Source of the DNA: Gemmatimonadota bacterium
GTDB taxonomy: Bacteria; Gemmatimonadota; Gemmatimonadetes; Palauibacterales; Palauibacteraceae
Length of the DNA stretch: 32,172 bases
Direction: 5' to 3'
Assembly (NCBI GenBank): GCA_039588275.1
Contig: JBDHAC010000039.1
Location: forward strand, 1 to 32,172
Under the pieces are notes generated by a model. It did no database searches. It was not told the DNA's origin and saw only the letters and a list, made by a program, of their open reading frames with translations. Below, piece after piece: positions 8,616-17,252 of the stretch (the first letter of the stretch is position 1; every line of letters starts with the position of its first letter). Both the position numbers and the translations under genes were made by a program.

Positions 8616-9941
8616 ATGCCGCGAGCCAGTAAGCGGACGCCCGGGGCGGGCGAGAACACTCCGAAGGTTCTCATCCTCGGTGCGGGCTTCGGCGGATTGT
8701 GGGCCGCTCGAGCGCTGGAGCGCACGCCCGTTTCTGTGACCCTGCTCGACCGCAACAACTACCACACCTTCCTCCCTCTCCTGTACCAGGTCGGTGCCGC
8801 GGAGCTGGAGCCCTTTGCCATCGCGCGACCCGTGCGCACCATCGTGCGCCGCCAGGCCAACCTCCACTTCCTCATGGCCGAGGCGCGGAGCGTCGACCTG
8901 CGGAGCAAGGTCGTGCGCACCAGCCGTGGTGTCCACGGCTACGACTACCTGGTGATCGCGACCGGCAGCGTACCCCACGACTTCGGCGTGGCGGGCGTGG
9001 CGGAGCACGCGTTCCCTCTCAAGACGCTCGAGGACGGTGTCGCCCTTCGCAGCCATATCCTGGCCCGGTTCGAGGCGGCCATGCACCAGCCGGACGGGGG
9101 ATCTCGGAAGGGCGCGCTCCGGTTCGTGATCGTGGGGGGAGGACCCACCGGTGTCGAGTTCGCCGGGGCGCTGGCCGAGCTGGTCGCCGGCCCGCTGGCG
9201 CGCGATTACCCGGAGCTTGAAGCGCAGGTCTCGATCGTCCTGCTGGAAGCGAAAGAGAGGCTGCTGGACGGCATGCCGGAGCGATTGGGGCGCTACGCGC
9301 TGCGCCGCTTGCAGCGCATGGGGGTCGAGGTCCGGCTAGGAGCTCTCGTTTCGGAGGTAACCGACGACCGCGTGCGGCTGGGAGACCGAACGGAGCTCAG
9401 GGTCGAGACAGTAGCGTGGACTGCCGGGGTACGGGGGAGTCCCGAGGCGGCCCGCTGGGGTCTCCCGTTGACGGACAGCGGGCGGATCGAGGTGCAACCG
9501 ACGCTACAGGTCCGGGGTCATCCCGAGGTATACGCTGTGGGCGACATCGCCCAGCTCGCTCCCGCGGGGGACGAGGCGCTCCCGATGCTCGCACAGGTCG
9601 CCATGCAGGGAGGGGAGCGCGCGGCCGACAACATCCGCCGGGCTCTATCGGGGGCAGAACCCAGACCGTTCGTGTATCGGGACAAGGGCGTCATGGCCGT
9701 CATAGGCCGCAATTCAGCCGTTGCCACGCTACGCGGGCGGAGCTTCACGGGCTACACGGCCTGGTTGCTGTGGCTGCTCATCCACATCGTCTATTTGATC
9801 GGGTTCCGCAACCGACTGGCAGTCCTGCTGAACTGGTCGTGGGATTATCTGTTCTTCGAGCGTGTCGCCCGCATCCTGTTGCCGTGGCGCCAGCAGGCGC
9901 CGCAGTGGCCGGAGGCAGAGGAGCCTCGCGCGTCCGGCTGA
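8616..9941 (+). CDS. ndh: Type II NADH:quinone oxidoreductase
   Basis: ILGAGFGGL, FLPLLYQV, VGGGPTGVEFAG, WTAGV, AVGD, AQVAMQGG, Y.DKG.MAVIGRN and WL.IHI..LIGFRNR. Confidence 0.92.
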   Translation: MPRASKRTPGAGENTPKVLILGAGFGGLWAARALERTPVSVTLLDRNNYHTFLPLLYQVGAAELEPFAIARPVRTIVRRQANLHFLMAEARSVDLRSKVVRTSRGVHGYDYLVIATGSVPHDFGVAGVAEHAFPLKTLEDGVALRSHILARFEAAMHQPDGGSRKGALRFVIVGGGPTGVEFAGALAELVAGPLARDYPELEAQVSIVLLEAKERLLDGMPERLGRYALRRLQRMGVEVRLGALVSEVTDDRVRLGDRTELRVETVAWTAGVRGSPEAARWGLPLTDSGRIEVQPTLQVRGHPEVYAVGDIAQLAPAGDEALPMLAQVAMQGGERAADNIRRALSGAEPRPFVYRDKGVMAVIGRNSAVATLRGRSFTGYTAWLLWLLIHIVYLIGFRNRLAVLLNWSWDYLFFERVARILLPWRQQAPQWPEAEEPRASG

Positions 9942-10055
9942 TCGGGCATCCGGCCCCCGAGGGCAGGCCACCTGTTGCATCCAGCCACGGATGTCGTACC
10001 TATTCCTTCTGACGTCAAAGCCGCACGTCACGAACCCGAGCTGGAGAGGGTAACG

Positions 10056-10847
10056 ATGCGGTATCCGTTCGATCGTCTCGCCTTCATCTGGGCCACGGTC
10101 ATTCTGATCGGAGCCGGCCATGCCACGCGGAGCCTCCACGCGCAGGAGCTCGCCGAGTTGTGTCCCGATGCCAGCGCCGAGGAAGCCGCGCTATTTGGCT
10201 TCGTCCAGGACCCGGAGTCGGGGATGGTTCTGCCCGGCGCAGAGGTCACGGCAAGCTGGGTTTGGCAAGGCGAGCGGAAGCGCGCGCTCGCTCAGGTGGG
10301 CATCGACGGCGGGTTCACGCTGTGCGGCTTGCCGAGGGAGATCGAGGTCGCCGTCCGGGCGGCCTTCGCCAGCCGTCGGGGTCCCTCGACCACGTTGGTG
10401 ATCAACGGGCCCGTCGGGCAATTCGACCTGACGGTTTCGCTCAGCGAGGACGCACCTGAGGAGGAGCCCGAAGAGATCGTCGTCGACGGGCGCGTGAGCC
10501 GCGTGTTCTCGGCCACGCTGATCACCGAAGAAGATCTCGCCGCTCTTCCCGCCATGCCTCTTTACGACCTGCTCCGGCAACACAACCGCTTGCGCTTCGA
10601 ACGGCTAACGGGTGGCGGGGATGTGATCCTGTTTACGGATCGAAGCTCGACGAGCGTCGTCGGGGGACAGCTCCGCGGCGTCCAGGTGTACGTGAACGAG
10701 CGTCGCGTGCCGGACCCGATCGTGGCGATTCGCGACCTGTACAGCGATGAGGTGAGACGGCTGGAGATTCTCAACGCTGCGGAGGCGAGCGCCCGGTACG
10801 GAGGCGACGGTTGGATCGGGATCATCGCGATCCGTACGAAGGGCTGA
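10056..10847 (+). CDS. Exported protein with carboxypeptidase-regulatory-like domain and C-terminal TonB plug-like segment
   Basis: RBS GGAGAGG and a signal peptide; G.V.D..SG..LPGAEV...G.F.LCGLP; C-terminus VRRLEILNAAEASARYGGDGWIGIIAIRTK. Confidence 0.75.
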   Translation: MRYPFDRLAFIWATVILIGAGHATRSLHAQELAELCPDASAEEAALFGFVQDPESGMVLPGAEVTASWVWQGERKRALAQVGIDGGFTLCGLPREIEVAVRAAFASRRGPSTTLVINGPVGQFDLTVSLSEDAPEEEPEEIVVDGRVSRVFSATLITEEDLAALPAMPLYDLLRQHNRLRFERLTGGGDVILFTDRSSTSVVGGQLRGVQVYVNERRVPDPIVAIRDLYSDEVRRLEILNAAEASARYGGDGWIGIIAIRTKG

Positions 10848-10927
10848 GGCGAATGTAAGGTTTCGGCCACTCGTGGCATCTAGAGCACAGGGGAGAGGGG
10901 TGTGCTCTGGGCGGATGGAGGTGCCAG

Positions 10928-11320
10928 GTGGCCGATCAACGGGAGACCGCGACGACGGAGACGACAGCAGGACAATCAGAGCGCCCCGGAGACGCTGGCC
11001 GCAAGGAGACACCCCTCGACCCTGACCTCGATGCGGACACCCTCCCCCCCGGACCCGACCTGGACCGTCTCGTTCACACCAAGGTTCGCAAGCTCCGTGC
11101 GGAACCTGACGGATCGTATCCACCGTACTCGACGGACGACGGGCTGTTCAACGAGATTCGCCGCGTGGTGGGATTCCTCGCCATCGAAGCTGCCGACGAC
11201 GGGTATAGCGCGAGCGTGAGTCTGCCCGACAGCGATCACGCCGAATCCTCGTGGGGCGAAACCCGGGCGTTGGCGCTCTGCCGAGCGGGTGTGAAGGCGG
11301 CTCTGTCCGCCGACCGTTAA
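10928..11320 (+). CDS. Small protein resembling the phage ABA-sandwich (BC1872-like) domain
   Basis: GGAGG RBS before GTG; pattern GPDLDRLV..KV...PPYSTD...GETRALALCRAGVKA. Confidence 0.6.
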   Translation: MADQRETATTETTAGQSERPGDAGRKETPLDPDLDADTLPPGPDLDRLVHTKVRKLRAEPDGSYPPYSTDDGLFNEIRRVVGFLAIEAADDGYSASVSLPDSDHAESSWGETRALALCRAGVKAALSADR

Positions 11321-11358
11321 CGCTCCGGGTCGGAAGGCCGCACACTGATCGCTCGGGT

Positions 11359-12375
11359 CTAGGCGGTCTTCGTGCCCGACATCGTGAAGCAGTTGAAGCG
11401 GAGACCGAAGGGAACCCAGGCAGTCTGCGCCATCATTCTGGACAGCGGACCGGGGCGGCCGAACGCCAGCTTGGGACCGTCATCCGCCGCTCGGTTTCGA
11501 GACGCAGCGGCCATTCGATCGGCGACCCACTGCATAACGGGAAACCCCGAGAAGGTGGACCGGAACGACTGGTACTCCGGAACCGAGAACGCGTAGAGGT
11601 AGTCGCGGATCCTCAGCGGCGCGAAGGATCCGCGGTAGGTGACGCCGGTGTCATCGAACCAGCGGAGGACCTCACCCGCCGTGTGGAGGCTCTCGTGCGG
11701 GAAGCCGAAGATGTCGTACGCGATCTGTTTGGTGTTCAGCCCATGATATCGCTTGTCCAGCTTCCTCAGCGTGCGCCCGAACAACCGCTCCCCCAAAGCG
11801 ACCCGCCGATCTATGTCGTCTCCACCGAGCAGCTTACACGTGATCTGCTTGCTCCTCAGGACACGGCGGCTGAACGCGTTGTAGAGGCTCACGATGATCG
11901 TCCCACCAGGCTTGGTCACACGGACGAGCTGCTTGAAGCCGCCAAATGGGTCGCCGGTGTGGTGCAGCACCCCCACCGAGAAGCTGTAGTCGAAGCTGTT
12001 GTCGGGGAGCTCGCAGCGCAGGATGTCCGACTCGCGGAAGGATGCGTTCTCGACCCCCGACTGCCGTTGCCGATCTCTGGCGATGGCGAGGGAACCCGCT
12101 GACAGGTCGATACCGATAACCCGATCGGCACCCTGGACGGCGTACCAAAGCGCGTACTCGCCGGTTCCGCACCCCATGTCCAGGACCCTCTTCCCCACGT
12201 AGTCGGAGGGCTGGATACCCAGACATTTGAGGCGCCAACCCATCTCCTCGTCGGCGTTCCGATCCAGCGGCCACGGGTGATCGGAGTACATGCCGACCAC
12301 AGTGTCCTGGATTCGCCGAATCCTCTCCGAGTGTGGCCCCGTGGGGGTGGTTGTCACGGATGCGGAGGTCGACAT
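11359..12375 (-). CDS. Class I SAM-dependent methyltransferase
   Basis: VLDMGCGTG, IGIDLS, FDY..SVGVLHHT and L.RVTKPGG. Starts 1 nt after the carbamoyltransferase stop. Confidence 0.9.
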   Translation of the reverse strand: MSTSASVTTTPTGPHSERIRRIQDTVVGMYSDHPWPLDRNADEEMGWRLKCLGIQPSDYVGKRVLDMGCGTGEYALWYAVQGADRVIGIDLSAGSLAIARDRQRQSGVENASFRESDILRCELPDNSFDYSFSVGVLHHTGDPFGGFKQLVRVTKPGGTIIVSLYNAFSRRVLRSKQITCKLLGGDDIDRRVALGERLFGRTLRKLDKRYHGLNTKQIAYDIFGFPHESLHTAGEVLRWFDDTGVTYRGSFAPLRIRDYLYAFSVPEYQSFRSTFSGFPVMQWVADRMAAASRNRAADDGPKLAFGRPGPLSRMMAQTAWVPFGLRFNCFTMSGTKTA

Positions 12376-12376
12376 G

Positions 12377-14197
12377 TCAGGAACCCACTGAGGCCCTCCT
12401 GGGCCGGTGCGCGGCCCAGACGCTCCTCCCCTCCCATCTCTTCCGCGCTCCCGCAGTCCCGACCGGGCCTTTCGCCACGAACGGGCCTAGCTGCAAGTAG
12501 TCGAGGTCGCTGTCGAGAAAAGCCTTCACGGCATCCTCCGCCGTGCGTACGATCGGTTCCTCGTGGACGTTGAACGACGTGTTTATCACGGCGGGAAAGC
12601 CGGACAGCTTTCTGTACTCGTCGATAATCGCATAGAAACCCGGGTTGTCCAGCTCGCGCACCAATTGCGGGCGGGCCGTGCCGTCGACGTGGACGACACC
12701 TGCGCCGAATTCACACATCCAATCGGTGCAGTGAAATGTGGTCGTCATGAAGCGCGCTGTCTCACGACCTCCGGCGGCATTCAGATACAGCTCATCGCTG
12801 TACTCGTCGAGTGATGCGGGGGCGAACGGCATGAACTCGGTGCGCTGCAGCAGCTCGTTCAGCCAGTCGTTCACCGTCGGATCGTCCGCTCGATACATGA
12901 TGGAACGGTTGCCCAGGGCACGGGGGCCATATTCGAGCTTGCCCGTCGCACGTGCGACGACGTGTCCTTCGTGCAGGAGTCTCGCCGTGTGCGCTGCCAC
13001 GTCCCTCGGGGATTCGAACTCGAGCTGGGTGGCCCTCAGGGCGTCCTCGCAGAGCGATTCGTCGATTTCGGTACCGAGATGTACGGTCGATAAGACCTGC
13101 GGCTCGATACGCCGACCGCGGCGCCGCGCCGCCTCGTGACTCAAGGCCAGCGCGGCACCGACACCCAAACCCTCATCGCTCATCCCGGGGTGGACGAAGA
13201 CTCTCTCCACCCCTTCCAGATCAAGGATCTCCTCGTTGATCCGGACGTTCGCGAACACCCCTCCCGCGAGCGCGACCTGCGAGTGCCCCGTGACCTGCAG
13301 CCAGTGCCGAAGGAGGGAGGTCGCGACCTCCTCGGCTACCACCTGAATCGTGGCCGCGAGGTCCGCGTGGGACCACCCTTCGGGCAGCGACGCACGGAGT
13401 CGGTCCAGCGCGCTGTTGAAGAGCACCCGCCCCTTGTTGATCAGGCGCCCGTCCTCGCAACCGATCAGCGACTCGAACAGCTCCCGGTAGACAGGATCCC
13501 CACGGGCCGCCAGCCCCGTGATCTTCCCCTCGTGGCGCTTCGCCTTGAACCCGCACAGTGCGGTCACGTAGGCGTAGTAGTTCCCCAACGAATCATATGA
13601 ATCCGTAGTCGAGAGTCTCTCGAAGTCGCCATTCCGGACGCTGTAGACGTGCGAGCAGTGGCCATCTCCCCCACCATCCATGGTGACGACGAGCGCGTCG
13701 TCAAACCCACTCGTGTGATACGCCGACGCCGCGTGTGCGTAGTGGTGGTGGAAGAAACGCACGGGGGCGCAAAACCCGAATTCATCTCGCAGGATGTCGC
13801 GGATTCGACGCCTGCGCTGAGCGTGGTAGGGCGCGCGAAGCCCGTAGTAGACTCGTTTGATCCCCGGAACGAAGGGGACGATACCTCCCAGCCGAGAGGC
13901 GGTGTGGAAGAACAGGTCGTGCACACCGTCGCGAGATTCCGCGCGTGCCTCGAACCACCCGGGCCACGCGTCGACGTCTTCTCGCAGCTTCATCCTGAGA
14001 TCCGAGACGGCGACCGCGCCGATTTCGGAAGGCTCGACACCCGCCAGCCGCAGCGCCTCTCGGATCGATTCGCGCGGGAATCCTCGCGCTTGCTTCAGGC
14101 GAACGATCCTCTCTTCATTCACGGCGGAGATAATGCGCCCGTCGTGCACCACGCAGGCACCGGACGTTTGGCCGTCCGCTAGTCCGAGGATCAACAT
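12377..14197 (-). CDS. NodU/CmcH/TobZ-family O-carbamoyltransferase
   Basis: MLILGL start; AVNEERIVR.K, HHYAHAASAY, DGGGD, HEGKITGLA, LAGGVFANV, EYGPRALGNRS, PFAP, HVDGTARPQ and NTSFN. Confidence 0.93.
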   Translation of the reverse strand: MLILGLADGQTSGACVVHDGRIISAVNEERIVRLKQARGFPRESIREALRLAGVEPSEIGAVAVSDLRMKLREDVDAWPGWFEARAESRDGVHDLFFHTASRLGGIVPFVPGIKRVYYGLRAPYHAQRRRRIRDILRDEFGFCAPVRFFHHHYAHAASAYHTSGFDDALVVTMDGGGDGHCSHVYSVRNGDFERLSTTDSYDSLGNYYAYVTALCGFKAKRHEGKITGLAARGDPVYRELFESLIGCEDGRLINKGRVLFNSALDRLRASLPEGWSHADLAATIQVVAEEVATSLLRHWLQVTGHSQVALAGGVFANVRINEEILDLEGVERVFVHPGMSDEGLGVGAALALSHEAARRRGRRIEPQVLSTVHLGTEIDESLCEDALRATQLEFESPRDVAAHTARLLHEGHVVARATGKLEYGPRALGNRSIMYRADDPTVNDWLNELLQRTEFMPFAPASLDEYSDELYLNAAGGRETARFMTTTFHCTDWMCEFGAGVVHVDGTARPQLVRELDNPGFYAIIDEYRKLSGFPAVINTSFNVHEEPIVRTAEDAVKAFLDSDLDYLQLGPFVAKGPVGTAGARKRWEGRSVWAAHRPRRASVGS

Positions 14198-14262
14198 GTC
14201 GGGGGTGAAGTCCAAGTTCCCGGGTTCGGTCCATCTGCCCTGCCGCGATGACTCGGCGAACG

Positions 14263-14278
14263 CGCATGATGCGTGCCA
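14263..14278 (-). promoter_or_regulatory. Candidate sigma-54 (-24/-12) promoter for the carbamoyltransferase operon
   Basis: Minus strand reads TGGCACGCATCATGCG versus consensus TGGCACG-N4-TTGC. GG-N10-GC spacing is exact, about 65 nt upstream of the ATG at 14197. Confidence 0.6.
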
Positions 14279-14570
14279 CCTGGGGGCGGAGCCCTCCGGA
14301 GCCATGCGAGTCACCGAAGGATCGAGGAATGCCGGGAACTGTCGACCATCGGGTCCTGCCCCAGGCGTCATCGGGTGGCCGCGAGTGTCGCCTGGCTACA
14401 ACGCCGACCCCTGCGAGCACCATGGGAGCTATACGGCGGCGGTCCAGGTCGGCCTTACGCCGGATTCCTTCCCCGGCGGCACGCCCGTACGTTCAAATGG
14501 AGGTGCGACGAACTTCCAGGAGGCCGGTCCGCGCCGGCCCACGTGATCGAGCCACGGCCACGGACGACAC

Positions 14571-17252
14571 ATGCCGCTAGTCGCGTTCGCGCTCAACGGT
14601 CGAGAGACCTCGGTGGAGTACGACGAGGGAATGAACTTCCTCGAGGTGCTCAGGGATGTCCTCGGGATCATTTCGCCGAAGGACGGGTGCGCCCCCCAGG
14701 GGGTGTGCGGCTGTTGCACGATCCAGGTGGAGGGACGCGCTGTCCTTGCCTGTCGTTGCAAGCCCGAGTCCGTCGCGGGGAAGCGAGTGACCACTCTTGA
14801 GGGAATCCCCGAATCACGACGTCAGATGCTGGCAGACGCGTTCACGCGCGAGGGCGGACTTCAATGCGGCTACTGCACTCCTGGCATCGTCATGCGGGCT
14901 TCCTCACTCATCGATCGCGGCGGAGCGCACGACCGCGATGCCGTCGCGCGCTCTCTCTCGGGTCACCTGTGTCGCTGCACCGGCTACAAGCGGGTCGTAG
15001 ACGCCATCCTGACCGCTGACGCGGCCTCGAACGAAACGGGACGGCTTTCCGGCTCAGAACCGCGACATGCGCTCTTCTTCGGGGAGGACTTCGGTCTCGC
15101 ACGCACGACGGGCCACACTCCCAATGGTGTGGGCAGCTCGAGTGACCGCTTTCGGGCGAAGGATCACGCGTTGGGCGACAAGCCCTACGTGGCCGATATG
15201 GTGATGGACGAGATGCTCCACGCTTCAGTGGTGCTCAGTCCCCACGCTCGCGCGCGTGTGCTCGAGATCGATGCGGCGGTGGCCCACGCGATGCCGGGCG
15301 TAGAACGCGTACTCCTGGCGAAGGATGTACCGGGCGAGAGACATATCGGGCTCATCCGACCCGATTGGCCCGTCCTCATCGCCGTGGGCGAGGTCACGCG
15401 CTGCGTGGGCGACGTGCTGGCCCTCGTTCTGGCGGATACGCGGATCCACGCGCGTGACGCGGCGCAGGCGCTCGAGGCCGCGGTTGAATGCGAGGTTCTC
15501 GACCCGGTCTCGGACCCTGATGGGGCGCTCGCGCCGGAAGCGCCCGAGCTACATGAGGGGGGCAACCTTCTGGAGGTCTGCCGCTTCTCGCGCGGCGATG
15601 TCGATGGCGCACTGGCGGTATCGGAGCACGTGCTGGAAGAGGTCTTCGCCACGCAGCGGATTGAGCACGCGTTTCTGGAGCCCGAAGCGTGCGTCGCGGT
15701 ACCGATGACCGAAGAGACCGGCAGGGTCACCCTCAAGGTGTATTCGCAGGGCCAGGGCGTGCACGACGACCAGGCTCAGATCGCATCGGTGCTGGGACTT
15801 CCGCCTGAGATGATCGAGGTCGAGCTCGTGGCGAACGGGGGCGCGTTCGGGGGCAAGGAGGACCTCTCGATACAGGCCCAGACCGCGTTGGCCGCGCTCA
15901 TCACGGGACGGGCGGTGCGCACGATACTCACCCGTGAGCAGTCCATGCGCATGCACCCCAAGCGGCACCCGATCACGCTCCGCTACACGGTCGGCGCGGA
16001 CGCGGACGGGCATCTGACCGCGGTGCGGGCGCGCATCGTCGGCGACACCGGCGCTTACGCTTCGGTCGGGATGAAAGTGCTCGAGCGCGCCGCCGGGCAC
16101 TCCTGCGGGCCATACCGGGTCCCGAACGTCGACATCGAGGCGAAGACCGTCTACACGAACAACCCACCTTGCGGGGCGATGCGCGGCTTCGGCGCCAACC
16201 AGGCCGCGTTCGCGATCGAGGGCATGATGGACCTGGTCGCGCAGGCGGCCGGGATCGACGGGTACGATGTTCGGGAGAGGAACATCCTCGAGCCGGGAGA
16301 CGCGTTCGCGACCGGGCAGTTGATGACGGAGAGCTGCGGCATCCGACAGACGCTCGAGGCCGTGCGAGACGTCTACAAGGGGGCCCGCTACGCCGGGATC
16401 GGGTGCGGGATCAAGAATACCGGCATCGGGAACGGGATGGATGACAGCGGTCGCTTGTTGCTGCGCGTCGGCGAGGGCGGGGCGATCGAGATCCTCACCG
16501 GATACACCGAGATGGGACAGGGTCTGTATACCATCCTTCGGCAGGTGATCACCGAGGAAACGGGGCTCGACCCGGAGCTCATGAGCGTACGGACGGCCAG
16601 CGACCCACGAGTGGTGTGCGGGATGACGACGGCCTCGCGGGCCACGGCGCTCCTGTGCGCCGCTGGACAAGTCGCGGCACGCAAGCTGACGACCGACCTG
16701 GAGGGGCGGTCTCTGGAAGACCTCGCGGGTCGGGAGTACCTGGGCGAGTACGTGTGCGATTTCACCACCAAGCCGGGCGAGGAGGTCGAGAACCCCACCA
16801 CGCACATGACGTTCAGCTACGCGACACAGGTCGTGATCCTCGGTGAAGACGGCCGCGTGTCGCGCGTGGTGGCCGTGCACGATGTCGGCCGGGCGATCAA
16901 CCCGCTGCTGTGCGCGGGGCAAATCGAAGGCTCCGTTCACATGGGCCTGGGGTACGCGCTCAGCGAGGATTTCCCGTGCACCGACGGCCGACCCGACTCT
17001 CTTCTGTTGCGGGATCTCGGGATCGTGAAGGCGAAGGACACGCCACCTATCGACGTCATCCTGGTCGAGGTACCTGACGAGGTCGGCGGGTACGGCGCAA
17101 AGGGTGTGGGTGAGATCGGTCTCGTCCCGACCGCCGGCGCGGTCGCCGGCGCGCTGTACGCGTACGACGGAGTCCGGCGGTTCGCTCTTCCGATGAGCGA
17201 CGCCCCGGCCGCGGCCCCCTCGGTGCCCAAATCGCGGCGCGGATCCTCCTGA
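14571..17252 (+). CDS. xdh: Xanthine dehydrogenase-family molybdenum hydroxylase, fused 2x[2Fe-2S] and Mo-binding domains (Se-dependent Xdh/XdhD-like)
   Basis: GCAPQGVCGCC..C, QCGYCTPG, HLCRCTGY, HAFLEP, GGAFGGK, AMRGFG, EMGQG, GQIEG and GAKGVGE. No FAD domain. Confidence 0.92.
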   Translation: MPLVAFALNGRETSVEYDEGMNFLEVLRDVLGIISPKDGCAPQGVCGCCTIQVEGRAVLACRCKPESVAGKRVTTLEGIPESRRQMLADAFTREGGLQCGYCTPGIVMRASSLIDRGGAHDRDAVARSLSGHLCRCTGYKRVVDAILTADAASNETGRLSGSEPRHALFFGEDFGLARTTGHTPNGVGSSSDRFRAKDHALGDKPYVADMVMDEMLHASVVLSPHARARVLEIDAAVAHAMPGVERVLLAKDVPGERHIGLIRPDWPVLIAVGEVTRCVGDVLALVLADTRIHARDAAQALEAAVECEVLDPVSDPDGALAPEAPELHEGGNLLEVCRFSRGDVDGALAVSEHVLEEVFATQRIEHAFLEPEACVAVPMTEETGRVTLKVYSQGQGVHDDQAQIASVLGLPPEMIEVELVANGGAFGGKEDLSIQAQTALAALITGRAVRTILTREQSMRMHPKRHPITLRYTVGADADGHLTAVRARIVGDTGAYASVGMKVLERAAGHSCGPYRVPNVDIEAKTVYTNNPPCGAMRGFGANQAAFAIEGMMDLVAQAAGIDGYDVRERNILEPGDAFATGQLMTESCGIRQTLEAVRDVYKGARYAGIGCGIKNTGIGNGMDDSGRLLLRVGEGGAIEILTGYTEMGQGLYTILRQVITEETGLDPELMSVRTASDPRVVCGMTTASRATALLCAAGQVAARKLTTDLEGRSLEDLAGREYLGEYVCDFTTKPGEEVENPTTHMTFSYATQVVILGEDGRVSRVVAVHDVGRAINPLLCAGQIEGSVHMGLGYALSEDFPCTDGRPDSLLLRDLGIVKAKDTPPIDVILVEVPDEVGGYGAKGVGEIGLVPTAGAVAGALYAYDGVRRFALPMSDAPAAAPSVPKSRRGSS

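Noticed and set aside
14198..14371. N-terminal extensions in the ORF track (also 365-478, 1682-2080, 3551-3784, 8520-9086 and 9975-10055)
   Set aside because: They overlap neighbouring genes or regulatory DNA, and family similarity begins at the downstream starts.
14400..14570. Purine or xanthine riboswitch, or sigma-54 site, ahead of xdh
   Set aside because: Only a short GGCCGG/CCGGCC hairpin (14522-14539) is visible. No aptamer consensus was recognised, and CGGCACG lacks a correctly spaced GC.
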